Shown here piece after piece: positions 53,700-64,000 of a stretch of DNA of 64,000 bases. Position 1 is the first letter of the stretch. Each line of letters begins with the position of its first letter. A program made the position numbers and the translations under genes. Location: NCBI GenBank assembly GCA_030770535.1, contig JASVEC010000022.1:682001-746000 (forward strand). Reading direction: 5' to 3'. The notes below the pieces were generated by a model, which worked only from the letters and a program-made list of their open reading frames with translations, was not told the DNA's origin and made no database searches. The stretch is from Batkoa obscura (taxonomy: Eukaryota).

Positions 53700-54848
53700 T
53701 ATTCATATCTTTCTTTACTACTTTTACTTTATAATAAATTTTAATTTTCCTATTTTAGTTTTTTTAATGTTGAGTTTTATTCAACCTTTAAATTTTCGAT
53801 TTGTTTATATTTTGTAATTTCTTTTAAACTGTGAATTTTATCATGTATTAACAAAATTGTTTTTAAAATGCCGATAATGGCCACTATAAATCTATATGTA
53901 GTTACTTTGGGCTACCAACTTTTAGTATCTTTTGTATATCCTTAGCATGAATAATTGACAATATTAAGGGTGTAAATCGGTAGTTTTTTATGACAACGAT
54001 CGTGCTTTTGTCGATTCAGTTAAATTTACTATGTTAATAGTTTATCTCAAGGATTTACTCTTTAAGTATTTCAATGAGTTTATTAACTTGGACTCAAATT
54101 TAGTATAAATTTTATTATAATTGTCTACGAATTTTCAATGTACCATCTTTAATAAACTCCTTAACTTATGATGTATTACACATAATAAAACAACATAGAG
54201 CTATAAGTTATAATATCTCCCCTTTATAATCTAAAGTTTAAATTAAGTTATTGGCTTTTATGAATCTAATAATTCTATTTTTTCATTTAAATTTATACAA
54301 TTTATAATATCACATAAATATTATAAATTGTTATATGTTAAGGCACAACAAAAATGAGTAATTCATGAGGTTCATATCAAGCCTATCGAAATACAAGTAG
54401 AATCACAAAATAGTATTAGCTTGTTTCTACCAATAACTTATTTGATCTATGTTATTTAGAGATGTTTGATATTACGATAGAATTAAGCTATTAGTATATT
54501 GGCAGAAGTGTATTAATGAGTTCCCACATAAATTTTTGCCTATAATATTTTTTTAAACAATTTGATTTTTTACTCTACAAAATAGTTAACATTAACCTGA
54601 AAATTTATATTAGGAGACCAATACAGTGACCAAATGGAAAAACAATCTAAACTTTAACCCTGAAATTAATAGCAAAATATAATATCATTTAATTACTCCT
54701 TCAAGGAAAGAAACAAATAAAAAGTCTTGACTGAAAAATTATAAAGGATCAACAATTTTATATTAGATTACAACTTTAGGGAAATACATTAACCAATGAA
54801 AAATTAAAATTTATTATAAAGTAAAAGTAGTAAAGAAAGATATGAATA

Positions 54849-55163
54849 TTAAAGTTTGTCACCAAGCCAAATGGATGATTTTTGTTTGTTAATAACTCCA
54901 TCTTCTGCTTTAGGTTCAATATAAACAGATAGATCATTACGATTCAATGTTAACAAAGGTAATAAAGTTGCAAATTCGTTTTTGGTACATATTTGTATTT
55001 TGAATTCACCATTCTCATTGTTATTCAAATCATAAGCTCTGATATTATGAAACTCTCGTAATAACATTTCTCTCAATACTTGTGCTTTTGATGCTTCAGT
55101 TTGATTTTTAAAATAAACATGAGCATCAAAGTAAGAAATAGGACCAGTAAAATCAGTAATCAT
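54849..55163 (-). CDS. DOPA 4,5-dioxygenase-like protein, copy 4 (mirror of copy 3)
   Basis: Same translation as 53385-53699. Confidence 0.75.
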   Translation of the reverse strand: MITDFTGPISYFDAHVYFKNQTEASKAQVLREMLLREFHNIRAYDLNNNENGEFKIQICTKNEFATLLPLLTLNRNDLSVYIEPKAEDGVINKQKSSIWLGDKL

Positions 55164-55194
55164 ATTGAATATAATGTTAATATATAAGATATTT

Positions 55195-55290
55195 GTTTGT
55201 TTGTTTGTTTGTTTGTTTGTTTGTTTGTTTGTTTGTTTGTTTGTTTGTTTGTTTGTTTGTTTGTTTGTTTGTTTGTTTGTTTGTTTGTTT
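55195..55290 (-). repeat. (AAAC)24 microsatellite upstream of copy 4 ATG
   Basis: (GTTT)n on the + strand. Confidence 0.95.
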
Positions 55291-55822
55291 TGAATTTGTT
55301 TTATAATATTTTGATTCTATTTTATCTTCTTTATATACTTTTTGATTTTTTGATTTTTTCGGTGTATTTTACTTTTTTTAAAAATGAAATCATTCATTTC
55401 CATTTTAATTTTGTTAGAAATTATTTTTATAAATTATATAGATTTAAGTGAAAATCATTAATTTTATAAACCGCCGAGTCTGAAACCAACATTATATATA
55501 TGATTATATAAATATGTTAATATTATTTTAAAATATTGCTGTAAGAGTCACATTTACATCATTGTGCTACTTATATAGTTTCATTTTAATATTGCTTTGT
55601 CACTGTGAACATCGGCTTTATATTTAACCAATTTACCCATAATGTATAGCTTTTGAAAGCATTTGTTAATTGTATAAGTAAATATTAGGTAATTTTCGTT
55701 TTACTTTATCCATTTTAAGTTGTTGTATATTATATATTTGCTTTTTTATTACATTGATGATAATATCTAAATCACTTTTATTGTTTCTCTTAATGAAAAT
55801 AAAAAAAATTAAAAAAAGAATA

Positions 55823-55922
55823 TAGGGATGTTTTTTTGGCTTCATCACTTTCTTCATTTTTTAAGCACTATTTGAGTAGAAGGATTGTTAGTAGAATTCT
55901 TAAGTATAAAAATACATCCCCA
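55823..55922 (+). mobile_element. ~100-bp MITE copy in right arm
   Basis: Mirror of 52642-52741. Confidence 0.85.
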
Positions 55923-56293
55923 TATATTTAAATATTTAATTCAGATATTTTTATAGTGATATTAATAAAATGAAATTTGATAGTTCAATTGTATCCTTTG
56001 CCTGGTAATGTTTATTTGGACTTTATTATATTTTATACATGTAAGAATAAATAAAATCCCTCTAAAATTATATGATTTACTGAAAATTATATTGACGTAG
56101 AAAAGTTGTTCAATTCATTAACAAGTATAATGTGTTATAAAGTTTAAAATTTATGATTATGTCTTTAAAGAATTGACATTATTATCAAAAGTACTTTCAT
56201 TTTTATTTAAATAGTTAATATTCATAATTCTGAGAGCTCAATATACTGAAGTGTATTATCAACAAGTTTTATCTTGAATAGATATATTGTATA

Positions 56294-56393
56294 TGGGGCT
56301 GTTTTTTTTAGTTTCATTATTTTTCCATTTTTTAAGCGCTATTTATGTGGAAAAATTGTCAGTAAAATTCTTAAATACAAAGATACACCCCCA
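56294..56393 (+). mobile_element. ~100-bp MITE copy in right arm
   Basis: Mirror of 52171-52270. Confidence 0.85.
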
Positions 56394-56765
56394 TATAATT
56401 GTTTTACTATTCATTAATGTATTATTGATATTGATTTTTTAATAATATAGTAATTATTTAATATAAAGAGTAATAAAAACTTCAAAATCAATGGTCCCAT
56501 ACAGAAATTGTATAACTCAATGTCTAATTTAATTAGAAATAATATGTAACTTATAATAATAAGAAAATGTTATAAAATTTCCACTCAGATTTTATAAGTT
56601 AAGTGATATATATAAGTATAAATATACTTTGGTTATTTTGGGATACAATATTATAGAAATTAGTGTAGAAATAACGAAATTATTATATTGAAATTATAAA
56701 ATGTATATAATAGAAGCAATGTTTATTAAATTACACAATAATATTTACATAGCAACAAAAAAGAG

Positions 56766-57080
56766 CTAGAATTTGTCACCGAGCCAAATGGATGATTTTT
56801 GTTTGTTAATAACTCCATCTTCTGCTTTAGGTTCAATATAAACAGATAGATCATTACGATTCAATGTTAACAAAGGTAATAAAGTTGCAAATTCGTTTTT
56901 GGTACATATTTGTATTTTGAATTCACCATTCTCATTGTTATTCAAATCATAAGCTCTGATATTATGAAACTCTCGTAATAACATTTCTCTCAATACTTGT
57001 GCTTTTGATGCTTCAGTTTGATTTTTAAAATAAACATGAGCATCAAAGTAAGAAATAGGACCAGTAAAATCAGTAATCAT
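56766..57080 (-). CDS. DOPA 4,5-dioxygenase-like protein, copy 5 (mirror of copy 2)
   Basis: Same translation as 51484-51798. Confidence 0.75.
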   Translation of the reverse strand: MITDFTGPISYFDAHVYFKNQTEASKAQVLREMLLREFHNIRAYDLNNNENGEFKIQICTKNEFATLLPLLTLNRNDLSVYIEPKAEDGVINKQKSSIWLGDKF

Positions 57081-57111
57081 ATTGAATATAATGTTAATAT
57101 ATAAGATATTT

Positions 57112-57179
57112 GTTTGTTTGTTTGTTTGTTTGTTTGTTTGTTTGTTTGTTTGTTTGTTTGTTTGTTTGTTTGTTTGTTT
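57112..57179 (-). repeat. (AAAC)17 microsatellite upstream of copy 5 ATG
   Basis: (GTTT)n on the + strand. Confidence 0.95.
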
Positions 57180-58198
57180 TGAATTTGTTTTATAATATTT
57201 TGATTCTATTTTATCTTCTTTATATACTTTTTGATTTTTTGATTTTTTTTCATTTTAATACATTTTGAATTTCAATCACAAGTTATAAAACAGCTAATGC
57301 TGATTTAAGAACCTAAATAAATTTTATATAATTTAAATGAAAATCATTTAATTTAACTATCTCCCGTAAATTAGTCATAAATCAAGTTAATTTTATATAA
57401 ATAATCATTTTATGTTTTATATTATAAATAGCTATTGAAACTTTATTGATTTATATAGAAATTACCTTTTTACCGACCCATTAGCTACAAATTGAATTTT
57501 TAATCATCATCTTAACATAGACTATTAATAAACTAATAAAAACTACAACAACCTTCTTTTTATTTAGTAATGATTCTCTTTATCTTAATCTTAATCTATT
57601 AATAATAATATTATATTATATATTATAAAGTCATCATGTTTAGTATTAGTTTGGTGTGATAGTTTTATATCCTCCATTTCCTATAATGACTATTATCATC
57701 TATATTAGACTGATTTTAATTTCATATATACCTATATTTAATCACTTGATATAATTCAATATATTAAAAAGATGAAGTTTTTAAATAATCTTAATTTATA
57801 TGTCAAATATATTGAAGCTTTGTTCTAGAATTCTGTAGCTTTAATTAAGACCAACCTATTCTTAATTTATGTATATAATATAATTTTATTTATACGCAGC
57901 TAATATTGTATGTGTGTTTGTTTATTTTGGAAAGAAAGGGGCACTTTATTAAGCTGAGAGGGATAGCTTTCTTAGCCTAAAAAAAGATAAATAACACACA
58001 ATAAAAACAATACCATGTTGCTTTCATTAGAACTTCTATATCACACAATTAGTATTTTATTATATATTTGACTATATAATAATAAATCTTTTTTGTTAAA
58101 GCTACTCTATTTTATTGCATTTCATTTCTTAATAAATGAGTTGCTTTGAAATGTAGTATTTTGATCACTCTATTTGAACTCAGAAGTTTCTTAATATA

Positions 58199-58293
58199 TG
58201 AGGATGTTTTTTTGACTTCACTTTTTTCATCTTTTAAGCACTATTTGAGCGGAAAAATTGCTAGTAAAATTCTTATACAAAAATACATTCTCA
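58199..58293 (+). mobile_element. MITE forming the right terminus of the palindrome
   Basis: Mirror of 50271-50365. Arm identity stops just after its flanking TA. Confidence 0.85.
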
Positions 58294-58486
58294 TATTATA
58301 CAATAAAATATGAAATTTTGTACGATATTTTCATATTTAAAAACAGAGTTAGTTTGAGTATAAATAAAATAAATAAAGATTTTTTTACAGCATACTTTAT
58401 CAAAAAATTCAAAGGCGCTATATTTTATCATCTATAAAAATGAGTATTTGATTAGAATAAAATTAAAATGATCAATAAACTAGATA

Positions 58487-58586
58487 TAGGAGTGTTTTTT
58501 TTGACTTCATTACTTTTTCATTTTTTAAGCACTATTTGAATGGAAAATTTATTAGTAAAATTCTTGAACACAAAAATACATCTCCA
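58487..58586 (+). mobile_element. ~100-bp MITE copy
   Basis: TA|TAGGAGTGT...ACATCTCCA|TA. Confidence 0.8.
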
Positions 58587-61466
58587 TATTCTAAAATATG
58601 GAATTTGACAAAATGAAAAATCAGAAAATAATTAAATTTTATTTTTATTTTTTACCCTATAAACAACTTAAAAGTAGATACTTTTTCATACTATCGGTGA
58701 TACTATTATCAATAGCAATAAGGAAACATCCTTTTTAAATTTAAATCTTTACTTATCATTTTAGTATCAAAGATCAATTTTAATCTTTATGCTCAATTTG
58801 CCTTTTTTGTAAGAATCAAAGTTGGAATAAAGTTGAACCTTAGGCTTAAATTAACTCATATTCAATATATTTAAAATTTTGAGAGAACTCTAGACTCTCA
58901 GTGCTTTAGTATTCGAGAAATTTTTATAATGCCTTTCTGTTAAGATTTTTTGAAACAAATGTATTTTTTATCTACTATAACAAATTTAGATAATCTAGGT
59001 GCTATTTAGAATGAATTTGTTATATTTATGATAATATAATATGCTTTTTATTTTCAATGTTTTTTATTTCAAAGCCTGAAATTTGAGTAAGCCATGAAAA
59101 TAGAAATCATAATAGAAATTTAAACAGTGCGCTATAAAGTCCAAAAAAAAATATTCTTTTTAAGGGTATACTACAACACAATAATAAAAAAACAACACTT
59201 AAAGCTTCAGAACAATCCTAGTAATTTTGTAAATCGATGGAATAAAATACTGCTTTATGAATACTTATCAATCCTATTAAAAATTAATCGATAAAGTAGA
59301 AATTTTAAAAAAAGTGATTCCTTGTTTCATGCAAAAAGTGACTTGTAAAGCACTCGAATTGAGTAAATAACTCAGATACATTCCTGTACACTAGTTTTAA
59401 ACTTTTTTGTATCAGCGTTGGAGTTCGTTAGAATCCTATTATAACGTTGATCGAATATTAAACAGTGGTTGATTATTTATTATGATATTAAACAATTGTA
59501 TAAATTAACTAAAACAATTTTTTTCCCAAATATGAAATAAATTGAATTAAGTTTTGGAAAACAAAAATCAGGAAATATAGAATAAAATCGCTAAAATGTT
59601 TTAATTAAATTCTACCGAAGTCATGAATATGCTTCAAGTCATGGAATATATTTTTATTCATACATTCTTTATATGTATTATCGGGATAGGTATACTTCTA
59701 TACCTTTTCTCTGATGTGAGTCCTTCTACACTGTACGTCAATTCGACTTTTGCAATAAAAGTGAGCCAGTGAAGTTAATACCAACATGTCAATCAATAGT
59801 AGATAGTATTTGGGAATATAAAGCAAAACAAGAATAGTATACTAATTCAATTTTATTTTATTAGAATATTCTAAGAATATAGTAATTATATTAAAGTACA
59901 TTTGATGTGTAACTTGTAAATATTTTTATCTAACGAATAAAACTTTATTTAGAAGTTGTTTTGATTTCTAACCAAATAATAATTAATAACGTTTTGCTTC
60001 ATAGTAGATTATTGATTTCATAAATTGAAGTATACTGATAAATAATAGCCTTTTTATATCATACAAAGAACGCTATACCCCTTTAATTTTATTTGACTCA
60101 TAAATAAGATAGGTAAATATCGTTACTAATAAAGTAAAAGGTAATAGGAGTAACTATTAATAATATTGTTGAGTGACGTCTGAGACTAATTAAGCATTTA
60201 TTAAATACACTAAGTATAAATGAGATCATATCAAAAGGAAGAGTAATAATATGAAATAACATATTAGATCATTAAGAAAATCATACTTGAAGATTTTATT
60301 TTTATCATGATAAATATCACTGTTTAATAAAGCTTCAATTTTGTAAGGTTAGTAAAATGAGGCAGCATAAAATTTTATCAGGTTAAAATTTAAGAAAAAT
60401 TGAACCGTCAAGTAAGTACCCCAATAAAATTAAACATCACTTGTTATAGCCAAAAATGAACCTTATAGATAAAGTTAAAGGTAGAATTTGGCTAAACGGA
60501 TGATTCAATACAAATAGACTTTTAATTAATAATGTTGCACTTATTCTGTGTACCCAGTATCATTTAAATATTCAAGGCACCCAAAAATTGGGCTTAAAAA
60601 ACATTAAACATACTTTAATATTGGGTAAATACAAGTTTACTTCCCTTATTTTATTATTAATCAAACCCCTTGTTTTTGCCCAAAACTAGCCGTTGTCAAA
60701 TTAGAAACAAAACTAATTCATTTTATCCCTTAGTAAATGAATTCATCGATGAAATAACCCTAAATTTATTTTATTCTCTTAATTATGACTTCATTAAATT
60801 CATTTTTTTAACATTTCAAACAGATTTTGGTTAAAAATAGCTTGAAATAGGCTTATTATTCAAATTGTTGAGGTTATGTTATTAAAACAAGATGAAAACT
60901 TTTGTGCAAATATTTTGTTTGATTGTAATAAAATCTAAATCTTTTTAAAATATTTTAAATAAATATTTTAATTATGATCCAATTAAACTAAATTTATTAT
61001 AATATAATGAATTAATATAATACTAATCTTATTACAAAACCTTATCTAATTATACCTTGAGAGGTGCTATTAAAATAACTTTCTTTATTTAATGCTAATT
61101 TGCATTGAACTTGGCTGCAATTTTATTATTTACTCAATAGTCATTGATTTTTATCTAACCCAATCAGTGGCCTTTATCAATAAATTATCTCATAATCTTC
61201 ATCATGATTGGACTAAAAAGGTACCTTTGCAATTTTTCCGGGTTTAAATTACTTAAAGTGATTTAAAATGGACTACCAAAAAAGGAATACCATCATTATG
61301 CTTGGGCAAATATATCATTACCATCATCTTAAAAAGTTTTTTATCTCAAAAGTTGAATTCATTAATAATTGAGCTTCGTTTTTTATCTGTTTATTTAAAT
61401 CGTTTAATTTAATACTGTTTATTTTTTAATATAATATTTTGGTTTCGTTTATATCATTCAACTTTA

Positions 61467-62467
61467 ATGAGTAGAATACTTGTTAAACACGATGTTATCA
61501 CTCCCACAAAGGAGATCGATCACTACTTTTCACTTCCAAAAGCATCGGGTAATTCAACGCCTTCGATAAAAAGTACTCAAGAGTGTTTAGCTCTTCGTGA
61601 GGTAGATTGTGAAACTTTTCCACCTGAAAAATACAATCACAACCCATTAAGTGAAGAAGAGTTATATGTCTATAAAGCGGAAATGGAAAGTTATTTACAA
61701 CAAGGAAATATGAATTATTATAATAACAATATTGACCAAGCACTTCAGTGCTACCGTCAGGCTGTAATGCTTAACAATCAAGTTGGAAAATTCCTTCATA
61801 AAGATAGGGAAAAGTTTTTAAAATCGTGTTATCGTACTCCATCTAATAGCCATGGATTAACCCTAGCTACTAAAACACATACACCTTTGTTTGATAGAAA
61901 TTACGATGCGTACCCTCTGAAAAATCATTTTGAAATGCTAGATAGGCAAAATTCAATATTTTGGGATTGCATTGCTGCATGTTACATTATTCAAGTATGT
62001 TTAATTTATTGTTTATAAATCAATGATATTTATTTTATTTTATTTTATAGAATAAGTTTGAAGATTGTATAGATGCTTGTACTACGGCTTTGGATTTAAC
62101 ACCAGGTTATAGTAAAGTACGTTTACGCAGGGCACAAGCCAATATTTCGATTGTTCTGCAGGGCGAACAAAATTTGAATCAATATGTTAACACCCCGTTG
62201 CACCTTGATGAAGCTATTGAAGGTAAGTTTGTATTATACATTCTTTATAAAACATGAGCTTATACTCATTTAGATTTATCCTACTTAATGGTTCATGATG
62301 TTGATTATCGTAGCGATCTTGTTCGACATGAGTATATAGCTGCAAAAGAGAAATTAAAAAGTTTATTAGAAAAAAGAAATCGAGAAGATTTCACTAAAAA
62401 AACTGAAAAATCAGTGCCCAAACTTAATTTAAAGCTTTATATACATCAAGAAAATAACAAACAATAA
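61467..62467 (+). CDS. TPR-repeat protein, 3 exons
   Basis: Exons 61467-61994, 62051-62222, 62274-62467. TPR-like helices YLQQGNMNYYNNNIDQALQCYRQAV, IFWDCIAACYIIQNKFEDCIDACTTALDLTPGY, SKVRLRRAQA. Confidence 0.8.
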
Positions 62468-63923
62468 TATCTTTATTGAAGTTTAACTTATAATGAGAAA
62501 CTTTTAACGATAGTATGTTTTTGTATATAAGTTTTAAACCCTTTTAGTTCTTCCGCCTTAATTTTAATTTTATATTACTTCATGTATACCTTATATTATT
62601 TTTGATATTATAAATAGTATCAATATCAATCATACCGATTCCAATGAACATGATTCATTTAATTTAGTTAGTAATGCCTCGTTTAGGAACGTTTTTTTTA
62701 TTAATATAATATGATTCGCAAAAGTGTGTTTGTTTTTATTCCTTAGTAGAGCTCGATCTTAACCTTTTATTTTACAATAATGGAGTTATAATAAAAATGT
62801 ATCAATTATGATTGAGTTTTATTTTTCGATTTGCCTCTTTTTCTCCTCATTTAGTTACTCTATACTTTTTTGGAGTGAATTTATCAATAATAAGCTGGTT
62901 CCTAGAGTTTATTGAGAGAATAATTTTTAATGTTTACCCGTTGCCTGAAGTTAAGTAGTACACCTCTTTACTTGTAACAGCTTCTACAGTATTTTCAAAT
63001 AAATTTAATGTTTTAATATGCATATATACACATAATATTAATTTTGTATAGTAAATTGTAAGGTAAGTATTATTATATGGTATGAATATTATTTAATTAT
63101 AACTGTTTTACCAGGAATTATTAAATTTTTTTAAGTAAATCAGAAGATTTACATAAAAATAAAGATTTTGAAAAAGAAAATATTATTTAAAGAACTTTTA
63201 TAACATGATTTAATTTAATATTTGCAATAAATAAATAAATATGGATAGTATTCTAATATGCAAACTGTTTTTAAACAAAGACCATTAACAAAAGAGTGGT
63301 AGTAACAATGATAACAAAATTTTATTAATTTAAATAATTTTAATATTAAAAAACGCAACTCAAAACGAGTTAATTCTTTATTTTCCGTTCAAAAATGGGA
63401 TAAATCAGAGCATAAATAAGTAAATAAATAACTTATTTTACGTTTTAAAGCAAGAAATTAGCTTGTTTTGATAGTCTTTAATTAACATAATAGACACCCA
63501 AATTTAATATGGCTTAAACCAGAGGGAGGCTTAAATTCTTAAAAAATAAAGTTAGACATTAGCTAGGGATTAATTTGAATTGAGTCTTTTTCTTTAAAAC
63601 TCGAAATAAGTCTAGTTTTTAAAATTAAATATATAAATTGAAGTTGATTGAGTCACAATAAAATTCTGTAACCTTTTTTTTGCAATAATTAAGTCATCAG
63701 ATTAAAAACAAATAAATTGTGGATGGCTCTTGTTTTACATTGGACTTTTTTTAAACAATATAAAACAGATGTTTATTTTAGTACACTTTTTTTGTGAATA
63801 CATTTAAAGGGACACTCAAAAGATAAGGGATGTTACTTTAAGTATGTAAAGCTATAAGATAATATAGATAAATTTATCAATTATATTAGCAATGGTTTTT
63901 AGCTTGATACAAACTAAGCTATA

Positions 63924-64000
63924 TGGGAGTGTTTTTTTTGACCTGATTATTTTTCCATTTTTTAAGTGCTATTTGAGCGAAAAATTTATTAGTAAAAACT
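63924..64000 (+). mobile_element. MITE copy truncated by the window edge
   Basis: TA|TGGGAGTGT...AAGTGCTATTTGAGCGAAAA. Confidence 0.75.

Larger units (their letters stand above)
50268..53748 (+). repeat. Left arm of ~3.5-kb inverted duplication
   Basis: Reverse complement of 54800-58296. Landmark coordinate sums are constant (108564, shifting to 108548 past the variable microsatellite). Confidence 0.95.
54800..58296 (-). repeat. Right arm of ~3.5-kb inverted duplication
   Basis: Mirror of 50268-53748, 16 nt longer because of four extra AAAC units. Confidence 0.95.

Noticed and set aside
53113..55451. ORFs beginning MFVCLFVCL... (53113-53355, 55197-55451)
   Set aside because: They are translations of the (GTTT)n microsatellite with non-ATG starts, antisense to the dioxygenase-like promoters.

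Overview
Very AT-rich eukaryotic genomic DNA with short GT-AG introns. Gene content suggests a fungus, possibly an early-diverging lineage (inference). Spliced single-copy genes: Arb1-like, GH17 glucanase, folliculin, a multi-pass membrane protein, UBE2E-like E2, PA2G4/Cdb4, Skg3/Caf120-like PH protein, a Tctex-1 dynein light chain absent from the ORF track, BLOC1S2, Snt2-like, RPS6, BUD32, an SLC35/DMT transporter and a TPR protein. Accessory structure: (1) five near-identical copies of a DOPA 4,5-dioxygenase-like gene lacking most family histidines. Four lie in an ~8-kb palindrome (two ~3.5-kb arms, ~1.05-kb spacer) whose outer ends coincide with MITE termini, and each of these four has an expanded (AAAC)n between TATA and ATG. 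(2) A tandem triad of divergent secreted glycine-zipper proteins. (3) At least 22 copies of a ~100-bp TA-flanked MITE, plus a related longer TIR element carrying TG...CA solo-LTR-like insertions with empty-site evidence. Family assignments come from motif recognition by eye; no database search was run.
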